Shown: positions 7,994 to 16,083 of the stretch, piece after piece
How positions within the stretch are numbered: the first letter of the stretch is position 1
Layout: the number at the start of each line of letters is the position of its first letter
Source of the DNA: Leidyana gryllorum EB-2025a
Lineage: Eukaryota; Protista; Apicomplexa
Length of the DNA: 22,221 bases
NCBI GenBank assembly: GCA_048772705.1
Contig: JBLWGC010000161.1
Coordinates: 1 to 22,221 of the forward strand
Direction: 5' to 3'
The notes under the pieces: generated by a model
Databases searched by the model: none
Seen by the model: only the letters and a program-made list of their open reading frames with translations
What the model was told of the DNA's origin: nothing
Translations under genes and position numbers: made by a program

Positions 7994-8045
7994 ATAGATC
8001 GTCTTCCGCTCTAGATTTCGTGATGCTCACCTGAACGATGCGTGT

Positions 8046-8115
8046 TACAGCCACCGAGGATGGAACTCGGGACCTTCTGCGTGTTAAACAGACGTCGTGA
8101 CCACTAGATGGCTGC
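8046..8115 (-). pseudogene. tRNA-Val(AAC), 3-nt deletion
   Basis: GCAGCCATCTAG lacks GGT; T-loop TTCCATC. Confidence 0.78.
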
Positions 8116-8255
8116 ACGGAGCTTCCGGACTGCGAAAGGGGCGTGTCTCTGGAACCACGTATCCGATGAGCCTGGTTTTTATGTATCGGCCTAAGTTGGA
8201 CGGCCTGGACTAGTTTTAAGACCCTTCGGTTTGTATTCAGGAATGGAGATGTTAC

Positions 8256-8326
8256 GCATCTGTGGTTTAGTGGTAGACTGTGTCGTTGCCACCGAGACGA
8301 CCCAAGTTCGATTCCCGGCAGACGCA
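8256..8326 (+). pseudogene. tRNA-Gly(GCC), degenerate
   Basis: Several stem mismatches relative to 1644-1714. Confidence 0.7.
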
Positions 8327-8399
8327 GGAGGCACGCCTCAAACAGCCGTGGCAGATTGACAGAGACGCTGACAAGCTTCGGCACGAGGCCCGACCAGGG

Positions 8400-8442
8400 G
8401 GCTGTTTGGTCTGCAGGTATGATTTTTCCTCGCTTGGAAGAA
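8400..8442 (+). pseudogene. tRNA-Pro 5' fragment
   Basis: GGCTGTTTGGTCT..GGTATGATT; paralog at about 20418-20460. Confidence 0.6.
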
Positions 8443-8453
8443 CATTGCAACTG

Positions 8454-8526
8454 GGTCTTGTAGCTCAGTCGGCAAAGCGTATAGCTGTTTACCACAAAGT
8501 CGCAGTTTCGAAGCCTAGCGGTGCCG
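8454..8526 (+). pseudogene. tRNA-Asn(GTT) pseudogene
   Basis: Asn 5' half present; T-stem and acceptor decayed. Confidence 0.7.
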
Positions 8527-8601
8527 GGAGCTGCGATATGCGACGCTCTGTTAGAGGTCGCAACTCTGTTTTTAACTACCGGCAGGTCGCCCTACTGAGT
8601 T

Positions 8602-8674
8602 TGGACGACCTGGGTATCGATCCCAGTACCTCTCGCATGCAAAGCGAGCGCTCTACCATCTGAGCTAGCCGCCC
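8602..8674 (-). tRNA. trnA-TGC: tRNA-Ala(TGC)
   Basis: G3-U70; CTCGC-TT-TGC-AT-GCGAG. Confidence 0.92.
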
Positions 8675-8734
8675 ATCCGCTCTACATGGAAAACCTTCTG
8701 CATCCAGTGGCTGACCGAGTGCCGATACAACGGC

Positions 8735-8814
8735 TGACAAGAGTGGGATTCGAACCCACGCCCTTTCGGACTGCGGCCTTAACACAGCGCCTTAGACCAC
8801 TCGGCCATCTTGCC
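8735..8814 (-). tRNA. trnL-AAG: tRNA-Leu(AAG)
   Basis: CTGTG-TT-AAG-GC-CGCAG; variable arm TCCGAAAGGG. Confidence 0.92.
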
Positions 8815-8909
8815 GAAGTGTTCTTGGCTCGCCACTTTACACGTTTTCTGTTCGTGAAGTCTCGAGAAGGGAGGACTTTTGGGGTTGAAGGCCGGTGTGT
8901 TAGTGAGCC

Positions 8910-8981
8910 ACTGAGATAGTATGGTGGTTAGTATTTCCGCCTGTCACGCGGAAGACCCGGGTTCGATTCCCAGAAGAGCCC
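8910..8981 (+). pseudogene. Chimeric tRNA-Asp(GTC)/tRNA-Pro
   Basis: Asp up to GGGTTCGATTCCC, then the Pro 3' end AGAAGAGCCC and the Pro downstream flank. Confidence 0.85.
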
Positions 8982-9095
8982 GTCTGATAGTTGTTGACTA
9001 AATGCCACGTCTCTCCAAGGTCGTATGATCCGGGATGAAGTCCAGACCAGCTGAGACAAAATCTGAGTTGCAGCAGTTGTGAGGGGCTGGAACTG

Positions 9096-9167
9096 CTCCG
9101 AGACCGGGAATCGAACCCGGGTCTTCCGCGTGACAGGCGGAAATACTAACCACTATACTATCTCGGA
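9096..9167 (-). tRNA. trnD-GTC: tRNA-Asp(GTC)
   Basis: TCCGAGA/TCTCGGA, G73; TCCGC-CT-GTC-AC-GCGGA. Confidence 0.94.
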
Positions 9168-9261
9168 CGCTCTGAACACGCCGCCCTCCAACCCCAAAAG
9201 TCCTTCCATTTTGAGATGTCAAGCACAGAAAACGCGTGGAGCGGCGAGCCAACAACATGCC

Positions 9262-9350
9262 GGCAAGATGGCCGAGTTGCCCAAGACGCTGTGCTCAGAC
9301 TGCAGTCCGAAAGGGCGAGGATCTGGGGTTAAGCCTTTCGAACCCCGGAG
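9262..9350 (+). pseudogene. Leu(CAG) 5' part fused to a non-Leu hairpin
   Basis: Paralog of 3621-3709. Confidence 0.7.
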
Positions 9351-9361
9351 CAGTTGGACAG

Positions 9362-9441
9362 CCGGGGAAAGCTCAGTTGGTAGAGCATCTGACTGTAGTG
9401 CTGGCATCAGATAGTCGGCGGTTCGGTTCCGTCCCACCGGA
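9362..9441 (+). tRNA. trnY-GTA: tRNA-Tyr(GTA) with a 7-nt intron, degenerate
   Basis: G7>A, U8>A, A58>G. Confidence 0.65.
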
Positions 9442-9507
9442 TGGTTTTGGCAGACAGCGTTGATAGGCCAACTAGACTACTCCGGCGAGGGTTCCATCTA
9501 TGTAGTT

Positions 9508-9580
9508 CGGATGGGCTGGGAATCAATCCCAGAACCTTTCGTATACTAAGCCACCGTTTCATCATCTGGGCTAGCCTCCC
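9508..9580 (-). pseudogene. Ala-derived degenerate element
   Basis: Paralog of 7420-7492. Confidence 0.65.
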
Positions 9581-9669
9581 ACTGTGCCTACCTCATGGCA
9601 TTGAGTGATACTTCACATAGTGAGACGAGTCTCTCGACTGTACCCAGCGGGTTGAACCACCGGCTAGGC

Positions 9670-9741
9670 GGCTGTTTGGTCTAGTGGTATGATCCTTCCT
9701 TAGGGTGGAAGGAGTCCTGGGTTCGATTCCCAGAACAGCCC
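9670..9741 (+). tRNA. trnP-AGG: tRNA-Pro(AGG)
   Basis: CTTCC-TT-AGG-GT-GGAAG; full cloverleaf. Confidence 0.93.
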
Positions 9742-9847
9742 GTCTGATAGTTGTTGACGCAACACGGCACTCGACCCATCCCGGACAATGTCCCTGACAC
9801 AGGATCTGAGTTGTTGAGTCAACAGGCTGCAGCCCGGCCATTCGCCC

Positions 9848-9920
9848 AGACGCTACTGGGACTCGAACCCAGAATCCCCGGTTCCGAAGACCGATGCCAT
9901 ATCCATTAGGCCATAGCGCC
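9848..9920 (-). tRNA. trnR-TCG: tRNA-Arg(TCG), on the same body as Arg-ACG 17578
   Basis: GGCGCTA/TAGCGTC; loop CT-TCG-GA. Confidence 0.9.
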
Positions 9921-10041
9921 GACTAACGGAGCCCTCAAATGGAAGTGTGTAGCGATCAAGAGAGGACATGGGGAGCTAAGCCGGATCGTGGGTTCGGACA
10001 AACTTCACCTACATCTCCCATTCGAGACATCGGGGACATAC

Positions 10042-10112
10042 TATCCAAGCCAGGATTCGGGCTGGGTACGCACGGCCACAACTTCCTGTTGTAAGCACTA
10101 GACGACCCGGAC
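10042..10112 (-). pseudogene. tRNA-His(GTG) pseudogene
   Basis: GTCCGGGTCGTCTAG..TTGTGGCCGTGC..TCCTGGCTTGGATA. Confidence 0.7.
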
Positions 10113-10246
10113 AATCTTCATGTGAGGCTGGTATGTCGGCGTGACCAAGTGAGTGGATCTCTGATACAAATTCGGACTTAGTAACCAATTCCATTTGTAT
10201 TGATCGTGGAATCTTGGGCCTTCCTCGGGGATGGGGCGAGCTTCTT

Positions 10247-10319
10247 GCCGCCCCAACTCCGTCAGTAGAGCGCAAGACTTTTGAAGGGAGAACCGCGGGT
10301 TCGGGCGGCGCGAGCAGTC
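10247..10319 (+). pseudogene. Lys-derived element upstream of Ser
   Basis: Paralog of 1373-1445. Confidence 0.6.
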
Positions 10320-10380
10320 CTAGTAAAGCTCGCTGAACCGTATGTGAATCCGCTGGCCGCAAATAGCCAAGTTCGACAGC

Positions 10381-10461
10381 GGCAACTTGCCCAAGTGGTT
10401 AAGGGGGTAGACTAGAAATCTACTGGGCCTGGCCCGCGCTGTTCAAATCGAGCAGTTGTCG
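10381..10461 (+). tRNA. trnS-AGA: tRNA-Ser(AGA), T-stem damaged
   Basis: GTAGA-CT-AGA-AA-TCTAC; 1-nt deletion in the T-stem. Confidence 0.65.
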
Positions 10462-10581
10462 TGTGCTGCGATCATCGGAGTAGGCGGCTGGGCTCAAACA
10501 CCAGCAGTACATGCTAGAGATTGCAGTGGCGACGCAGAGGCATCAAGTAAGTGCATAGGTGCCATCTGTCGTCGCAGAAGT

Positions 10582-10655
10582 GGTCGCGTAGCTCAGTCGG
10601 TCAGAGCGTGAGCCTAATAAGCTCAAGGTCCCCGGTTCGAGCCCGGGCGTGACCA
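10582..10655 (+). tRNA. trnI-AAT: tRNA-Ile(AAT)
   Basis: GGTCGCG/CGTGACC; TGAGC-CT-AAT-AA-GCTCA. Confidence 0.92.
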
Positions 10656-10755
10656 AGTGAGTGGATCTCTGATAAATAGTTGCCCTGAACCCGAGGAAGC
10701 TCCAAAATCCTGCGACCAATACGAAAGGAACTAGTTACTAAGTCCGAGCTTCCTT

Positions 10756-10828
10756 GCCGCGCCACCTCCGGCAATAGACCCCTAAACTTTCAATGGAGAG
10801 ACCGCGGCTTCGGGCAGCGCCAGCAGTC
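10756..10828 (+). pseudogene. Lys-derived element upstream of Ser
   Basis: More decayed paralog of 13353-13425. Confidence 0.55.
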
Positions 10829-10890
10829 CGAGTCAAGCTTGCTGAACCGTATGTGAAGCCACTGTCTGCGGCATGCCGAGTTCGACCGTT

Positions 10891-10972
10891 GGCAACTTGC
10901 CCGAGTGGTTAAGGGGGTAGACTAGAAATCTACTGGGCCTGGCCCGCGCTGGTTCAAATCCAGCAGTTGTCG
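10891..10972 (+). tRNA. trnS-AGA: tRNA-Ser(AGA)
   Basis: Full cloverleaf, long variable arm, G73. Confidence 0.93.
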
Positions 10973-11054
10973 TGCGATCTGATTGGAGGGGCAGACAACA
11001 ACTCACTCCTGAAACCCCAGAATGGTGCCTCAATCAACCATCCGCCATCTTCTC

Positions 11055-11125
11055 TGCATCTGCCGGGAATCGAACCTGGGTCGTCTCGGTGGCAACGACA
11101 CAGTCTACCACTAAACCACGGATGC
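11055..11125 (-). pseudogene. tRNA-Gly(GCC), degenerate
   Basis: Inverted paralog of 8256-8326. Confidence 0.7.
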
Positions 11126-11267
11126 GTGACATCTCCATTCCTGAATACAAAGCGAAGGGTCTTAAAACTAGTCCAGGCCGTCCAACTTAGGCCGATACAT
11201 AAAAACCAGGCTCATCGGATACGTGGTTCCAGAGACACACGCTCCTTTCGCAGTCCGGAAGCTCCGT

Positions 11268-11337
11268 GCAGCCATCTAGTGGTCACGACGTCTGTTTAAC
11301 ACGCACAAGGTCCCGAGTTCCATCCTCGGTGGCTGTA
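11268..11337 (+). pseudogene. tRNA-Val(AAC), 3-nt deletion
   Basis: Inverted paralog of 8046-8115. Confidence 0.78.
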
Positions 11338-11389
11338 CCACGCATCGTTCAGGTGAGCATCACGAAATCTAGAGAGGAAGACGATCTAT

Positions 11390-11460
11390 CTCCGAGACCG
11401 GAAATCGATCTTGGTTTTCTGCGTGTCAGGCGGAAATACTAACCACTAGACTATCTCGGC
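11390..11460 (-). pseudogene. tRNA-Asp pseudogene (loop reads GAC)
   Basis: Asp body with a decayed T-arm. Confidence 0.7.
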
Positions 11461-11529
11461 CGCTCTGGATACGCTAGCCTCCAACTCCAAAAAGTCTTTC
11501 CATTTTGAGATTCCACGGATAGAAAACGC

Positions 11530-11579
11530 GTGGAGCGGCGAGCCAACAACATTTGTGGAGCGGCGAGCCAACAACATTT
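11530..11579 (+). repeat. 25-bp perfect tandem duplication
   Basis: GTGGAGCGGCGAGCCAACAACATTT twice. Confidence 0.95.
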
Positions 11580-11580
11580 C

Positions 11581-11669
11581 GGCAAGATGGCCGAGTGGTC
11601 CAAGGCGCTGTGCTCAGACCGCAGTCCGAAAGGGCGAGGATCTGGGATTGAGCCTTCCGAACCCCGGCG
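11581..11669 (+). pseudogene. Leu(CAG) 5' part fused to a non-Leu hairpin
   Basis: Paralog of 9262-9350. Confidence 0.72.
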
Positions 11670-11680
11670 CAGTTGGACGG

Positions 11681-11759
11681 CCGGGGTAGCTCCGTTGGTC
11701 GAGCATCCGACTGTAGTGCTGGCATCAGATAGTCGGCGGTTCGATTCCGTCCCACCGGA
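11681..11759 (+). pseudogene. tRNA-Tyr(GTA) with intron, degenerate
   Basis: 1-nt acceptor deletion; D-loop and anticodon-stem changes. Confidence 0.72.
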
Positions 11760-11853
11760 AGTAGAGGGGTGATCGGCAAACTACTACTCAACCTGATGGA
11801 CAGCGTTGATAGGCCAACTAGACTACTCCGGCGAGGGTTCCATCTATGTAGCT

Positions 11854-11926
11854 TGGATGGGCTGGGAATCGATCCCAGAACCTTTCGTATACTAAGCCAC
11901 CGTCTCATCATCTGGGCTAGCCTCCC
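11854..11926 (-). pseudogene. Ala-derived degenerate element
   Basis: Paralog of 7420-7492. Confidence 0.65.
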
Positions 11927-12015
11927 TTTGTGCCCACCTCATGGGATTGAGTAAGACTTCACATAGTGAGACGAGTCTCTCGACTGTACCCAGCGGGTTG
12001 AACCCCCGGCTAGGC

Positions 12016-12087
12016 GGCTGTTTGGTCTAGTGGTATAATCCTTCCTTAGGGTGGAGAGAGTCCTGAGTTCGATTCCCAGAACAGCCC
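12016..12087 (+). tRNA. trnP-AGG: tRNA-Pro(AGG), degenerate
   Basis: Anticodon-stem and T-stem substitutions. Confidence 0.62.
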
Positions 12088-12228
12088 TCTTGGTCGTCGG
12101 TTGACCCGACGGGACGAGGTGCCCTCTGAATCAACACAGCCACCTCGTTAGCCCACTTCGGTAGGGCAGTCAGCGCAACTAACCTCTCAAAAATCGCATT
12201 TCGGCTCCCTCTTCCATGTTGCAAACTA

Positions 12229-12299
12229 ACCAGTGTAGCTCAGTGAAGAGTGTTGGGCTCATAACCCAAAGGTCCGTCGATCGAAACGACGCACTGCTA
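12229..12299 (+). pseudogene. Initiator tRNA-Met, degenerate
   Basis: G2>C and loss of one D-loop G. Confidence 0.7.
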
Positions 12300-12325
12300 A
12301 GTGTGCGCAGAAGGGAACAGTTGTA

Positions 12326-12396
12326 AGCCTTCTGCCCGAATCGAACCGGCGACCTTTCGCTTACTAAGCGGATGCTCTGCCACAAGCTAAGAAGGC
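12326..12396 (-). pseudogene. tRNA-Thr(AGT), degenerate
   Basis: A14 deletion and stem mismatches. Confidence 0.68.
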
Positions 12397-12499
12397 AATG
12401 TTAACGGAAGTTGCTGAAGCACATTGTTCCACCGGTCCAATGACTTCCACTGCTCCGCCCAACGGCAAATAGGGTGTAACTAAGTCTAGAGCTTCGTTT

Positions 12500-12572
12500 G
12501 CCGCCCTAGCTCAGTCCGTGGAGCGCAAGACTGTTAATCTTGCAGTCGCGGGTTCGAGCCCCGCGGGCGGTG
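12500..12572 (+). pseudogene. tRNA-Lys body with GTT anticodon
   Basis: CAAGA-CT-GTT-AA-TCTTG; G18>C, A21>G. Confidence 0.72.
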
Positions 12573-12632
12573 CAAATCAATGTCTCTGGGAGTAAGAATG
12601 GAACCGGTGCCTACAACCAAACTCTGGTGGAT

Positions 12633-12705
12633 TTCCACTGCCGGGACTTGAACCCGAATCGTCCTGGTGAAAGCCCCATATCCTAGCCACTTAGACTCCA
12701 GTGGA
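12633..12705 (-). pseudogene. tRNA-Glu(TTC), anticodon stem broken
   Basis: TGGGG/CAGGA stem does not pair. Confidence 0.72.
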
Positions 12706-12882
12706 CGAGTGGTTGAGTGGTTGAGTTGGGCTTCGGCCGAGAGCCGTACCGTCTTGGAAAACATGGTATGTCGGCGTGATCAAGTGAGTGGATCTCTGAT
12801 ACAGATTCGGACGTAGTAACCAATTCCATTTGTATTGATCGTGGAATCTTGGGCCTTCCTCGGGTACGGGGCGAGCTTCCTT

Positions 12883-12955
12883 GCCGCCCCAACTCCGTCA
12901 GTAGAGCGCAAGACTTTTGAAGGGAGATCCGCGGGTTCGGGCGGCGCGAGGAGTC
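12883..12955 (+). pseudogene. Lys-derived element upstream of Ser
   Basis: Paralog of 10247-10319. Confidence 0.6.
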
Positions 12956-13016
12956 CTAGTAAAGCTCGCTCAACCGTATGTGAAGCCACTGGCCGCAAAA
13001 TGCCAAGTTCAACAGC

Positions 13017-13098
13017 GGCAACTTGCCCGAGTGGTTAAGGGGGTAGACTAGAAATCTACTGGGCCTGGCCCGCGCTGGTTCAAATCCAGCAGTTGTCG
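13017..13098 (+). tRNA. trnS-AGA: tRNA-Ser(AGA)
   Basis: Same body as 10891-10972. Confidence 0.93.
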
Positions 13099-13219
13099 TG
13101 TGCTGCGATCATCGGAGTAGGCGGCTGGGCTCAAAACACCAGCAATACATGCTAGAGATTGCAGTGGCGACGCAGAGGCATCAAGTAAGTGAATAGGTGC
13201 CATCTGTCGTCGCAGAAGT

Positions 13220-13293
13220 GGTCGCGTGGCTCAGTCGGTTAGAGCGTGAGCCTAATAAGCTCAAGGTCCCCGGTTTGAGGCCGGGCGTGACCA
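13220..13293 (+). pseudogene. tRNA-Ile(AAT), T-arm mutated
   Basis: GGTTTGAGGCC in place of GGTTCGAGCCC. Confidence 0.68.
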
Positions 13294-13352
13294 AGTGAGT
13301 GGATCTTTGATAAAGAGTTGCCAATACGAAAGAAACTTTTTCAAGCTTCCTT

Positions 13353-13425
13353 GCCGCGCCAGCTCCGTCGGTAGAGCGCAAGACTTTCAATGGAGAGACC
13401 GCGGGTTCGGACAGCGCGAGCGGTC
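13353..13425 (+). pseudogene. Lys-derived element upstream of Ser
   Basis: GCCGCGCCAGCTCCGTCGGTAGAGCGCAAGACTTTCAA..GCGGGTTCG. Confidence 0.65.
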
Positions 13426-13486
13426 CGAGTCAAGCTGCTGAACCGTATGTGAAGCCACTGCCTGCGGCATGCCGAGTTCTACCGTT

Positions 13487-13568
13487 GGCAACTTGCCCGA
13501 GTGGTTAAGGGGGTAGACTCGAAATCTACTGGGCCTGGCCCGCGCTGGTTCAAATCCAGCAGTTGTCG
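13487..13568 (+). tRNA. trnS-CGA: tRNA-Ser(CGA)
   Basis: Ser body, loop CT-CGA-AA. Confidence 0.92.
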
Positions 13569-13632
13569 TGCGATGTGATCGGAGGGTCGAACACCAACTC
13601 ACGCGCAAAACTCAACCTTGTGCTATCTCCTC

Positions 13633-13704
13633 TGCATCTGCCCGGAATCGAACCCGGGTCTTCCGCGTGACAGGCGGAGACACTAACCACTATACTGACT
13701 CGGA
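13633..13704 (-). pseudogene. Chimeric tRNA-Asp(GTC)/tRNA-Gly
   Basis: Asp up to GGGTTCGATTCC, then the Gly 3' end GGCAGATGCA and the Gly downstream flank. Confidence 0.85.
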
Positions 13705-13795
13705 CGCTCCGAACACGCCGGCCTCCAATCCCAGAAGTCTTTCTATTTCGGCTCACGGACAAAAAACGTGTAAAGTGGCGAGCCAAGAACACTCC

Positions 13796-13875
13796 GGCAA
13801 GATGGCCGAGTGGTCCAAGGCGCTGTGTGCAGGCCGCAGTCCGAAAGGGCGTGGGTTCGAATCCCACTCTTGTCA
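13796..13875 (+). tRNA. trnL-CAG: tRNA-Leu(CAG), U33>G
   Basis: CTGTG-TG-CAG-GC-CGCAG; remainder intact. Confidence 0.75.
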
Positions 13876-13945
13876 GCCGTTGTATTGTATTGGCACTCAG
13901 TCCCTTCACTTCACTGATATACAGGTCGTTCGACCTACATACAGC

Positions 13946-14016
13946 TGCAGCTGCCGGGACTCGAACTCGGGTTACGACCTTGGAAGGGTCGCATCTTACC
14001 CTTAGACCACAAGTGC
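13946..14016 (-). tRNA. trnG-TCC: tRNA-Gly(TCC)
   Basis: CGACC-CT-TCC-AA-GGTCG; one acceptor and one T-stem mismatch. Confidence 0.78.
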
Positions 14017-14223
14017 AATTGCGAAAGATCTGCAGCACCCCGAGAGACTCGGGCAATTTCTACTTCCAGCTGTCTGCAACCTACGGGGATCGAATCGAGC
14101 ACCCCCACAAGCGAAGGAGAATCATATCACTAGCACTTCAACTCGACATGCGCGGCAGTGGCTCCCCATACAGCTAGCAAGCTTGCCTCAGTCGAAACTG
14201 AACGTCTTCCGAGTGAGAGGCTA

Positions 14224-14296
14224 TGATGTGGATGGGACTCGAACCCACAACTCCCGGTTCCGAAGACCGATGCCCTATCCATTAGGCCACCGCACC
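14224..14296 (-). tRNA. trnR-TCG: tRNA-Arg(TCG)
   Basis: Inverted paralog of 6157-6229, one acceptor mismatch. Confidence 0.85.
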
Positions 14297-14396
14297 ATGG
14301 ATAGGCTTCGGTTATCTGGATACTGGTTGGGTGAAAGAGGAGACACCTCGGGGCAGCCCGCTTTCGTCCAACTCAAAAGTCGGATGCGTCCCGAAT

Positions 14397-14469
14397 GCGG
14401 TTGTGGCGCAATGGATAGCGCGTTGCCCTCCTAAGGCAAAGGTTGAGGGTTCGAGTCCCTCTAGCCGTT
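14397..14469 (+). tRNA. trnR-CCT: tRNA-Arg(CCT)
   Basis: TTGCC-CT-CCT-AA-GGCAA; GAGGGTTCGAGTCCCTC. Confidence 0.9.
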
Positions 14470-14585
14470 TCCTGCGTGCCTTCGTTTGTGCAAAGTGGAG
14501 CACAAACAGGTGAAAGTGATCGATGCAGTTGGGAGATTGGTCATTCCATGTAAAAAAGAAATGGATGTACTGGGGTTTGCTAAAT

Positions 14586-14659
14586 GGGCGTCTAGCTCAA
14601 ATGGAGGCTCGCTACGCTTAGCGTGCGAGAGATACTGGGATCGATGCCCAGGTCGTCCA
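14586..14659 (+). pseudogene. tRNA-Ala(AGC), degenerate
   Basis: D-arm and anticodon stem disrupted. Confidence 0.72.
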
Positions 14660-14766
14660 AAGTACGTACGGCTGCACGTGCCGGGATCTCACCATCTTTG
14701 AAGGGTCGCAGACCACAATTGCCATTGCGAGAGCAGCGCAGTCAGTGTCTAGCGTGCCTCTGAAAG

Positions 14767-14839
14767 CGCTCCTGGCAGGTTCCGAGCCTGCGACTTTGCC
14801 GTTAACAGCCACACCCTCTGCCGCCTGAGCTACAAGACC
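14767..14839 (-). pseudogene. tRNA-Asn(GTT), degenerate
   Basis: Anticodon stem and T-loop mutated. Confidence 0.72.
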
Positions 14840-14934
14840 CCTTACAATGTTTCAGAGGTTAGTAGAGAGACCCTCCTCTTCCTACAACAGTTCGCACGGG
14901 GTGCCCGAGGGAAGGTGTAATCAGTTACAGTCGC

Positions 14935-15015
14935 GGCAAGGTGGCCGAGCGGTTAAGGCGGCGGCCTGCTGAGCCGTTGGGTTTTACCCGCATGAATTCG
15001 AATCTCCCCTTGTCG
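14935..15015 (+). pseudogene. tRNA-Ser(GCT), T-stem degenerate
   Basis: GGCAAGG/CCTTGTC; GCGGC-CT-GCT-GA-GCCGT; long variable arm. Confidence 0.7.
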
Positions 15016-15185
15016 GTAGCATTCGCGGAGAGCGCAATTGCTTCAATGATTGAAGTGAGCTTTCTGTCCGACTCAAATCCAACGCTCTACGCTGGGCGCT
15101 ATATACAGGAGCCAATTAAATTTTCCAGACGTCAGTAGAGAGACCCGTGTTGCGTGTGTCCAGTTGAGGAAGCGCTAGTCCGGAT

Positions 15186-15213
15186 AATTCTACCGACTCA
15201 ATTCTACCGACTC
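15186..15213 (+). repeat. 14-bp tandem duplication
   Basis: AATTCTACCGACTC twice. Confidence 0.9.
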
Positions 15214-15232
15214 TTCTGGGATGGGCTGAATC

Positions 15233-15304
15233 CGTTGCGTGGTGTAGTGGTTAGCACTGGAGACTCTGAATCTCCCGACCTGGGTTCGATTCCCGGCGCG
15301 ACCT
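15233..15304 (+). tRNA. trnQ-CTG: tRNA-Gln(CTG), G1>C
   Basis: GGAGA-CT-CTG-AA-TCTCC; GGTTCGATTCC. Confidence 0.85.
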
Positions 15305-15366
15305 TGGAACTGGTCCTCACTACTTCGTGAAACTTCGCTATCCTTTGGGCTGCGGGGACCATCCGT

Positions 15367-15439
15367 GCAGCCATGGTCTAGCGGTTACGACGTCTGCTTC
15401 ACACGCAGAAGGTCCCGAGTTCGATCCTCGGTGGCTGTA
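15367..15439 (+). tRNA. trnV-CAC: tRNA-Val(CAC)
   Basis: TCTGC-TT-CAC-AC-GCAGA. Confidence 0.92.
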
Positions 15440-15474
15440 GCTTGCAACTTTCAGCGGCAACCAAAGGAGACAAT

Positions 15475-15546
15475 CTCCGAAACCGGGCATCGAACCCGGA
15501 TCTTCCGCGTGACAAGCAGAAGTCCTGACCACTACTTTATCTCGGA
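15475..15546 (-). pseudogene. tRNA-Asp(GTC), degenerate
   Basis: Multiple stem substitutions. Confidence 0.7.
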
Positions 15547-15640
15547 CGCTCGTCAACGCGCCGGACTTCAACCGCGAAAGTCTTCCTTCTCGAAACTTCA
15601 CGGACAGAAAACGTGTAAAGTGGCGAGCCAAGAACACTGC

Positions 15641-15720
15641 GGCAAGATGGCCGAGTGGTCTAGGGCGCTGTGTTAAAGCCGCAGTCCGAAAGGCCGTTGG
15701 TTCGAATCCCCCGCTTGTCA
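15641..15720 (+). pseudogene. tRNA-Leu body, loop reads AAA
   Basis: CTGTG-TT-AAA-GC-CGCAG; T-stem mismatches. Confidence 0.7.
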
Positions 15721-15789
15721 ACCGTTGTATTGTATTGGCACTCGGTCCCCTCACTTCACTGATAGACAGTCGTTCGAGCTACATACGGC

Positions 15790-15860
15790 TGGACCTGCCG
15801 GGACTCGAACCCGGGTTACGACCTTGGAAGGGTCGCATCTTACCCTTAGACCACAAGTGC
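15790..15860 (-). tRNA. trnG-TCC: tRNA-Gly(TCC)
   Basis: Paralog of 13946-14016; one acceptor mismatch. Confidence 0.82.
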
Positions 15861-16083
15861 AATTGCGAAAGATCTGCAGCACCCCGAGAGACTCGGGCAA
15901 ATTTCTGCCTCCAGCTGTCTGCAACTCACTCAGAAACGGACTATTCGGGGATCGATCGAGCAATTCCACAGACGAAGGAGACTTATACCACTAGCACTTC
16001 AACTCGACATGCCGGGGCAGCGGCTCCTATACGACTAGCAAGCCTGCCTGGGTCGAAACGGAACGGATTCCGAGTGAGAGGCT

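Larger units (their letters stand above)
7990..8326. repeat. Segmental repeat, inverted copy at about 11055-11393 (Val pseudogene, Gly)
   Basis: Shared spacer and the same 3-nt Val deletion. Confidence 0.9.
9670..10125. repeat. Segmental repeat, inverted copy at about 17370-17818 (Pro, Arg, His relic)
   Basis: Reverse-complement spacer matches. Confidence 0.88.
10130..10975 (+). repeat. Segmental repeat (Lys relic, Ser, Ile, Lys relic, Ser); direct copy about 12765-13570, inverted copy about 18846-19440
   Basis: Collinear genes and spacers. Confidence 0.9.
13705..14340 (+). repeat. Segmental repeat, direct copy at about 15547-16180 (Leu, Gly, Arg)
   Basis: Collinear genes and spacers. Confidence 0.88.

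Noticed and set aside
9262-9350. Selenocysteine or opal tRNA from the TCA in GCTCAGAC
   Set aside because: The 7-nt loop is CT-CAG-AC, so the anticodon is CAG, and the body is Leu-type
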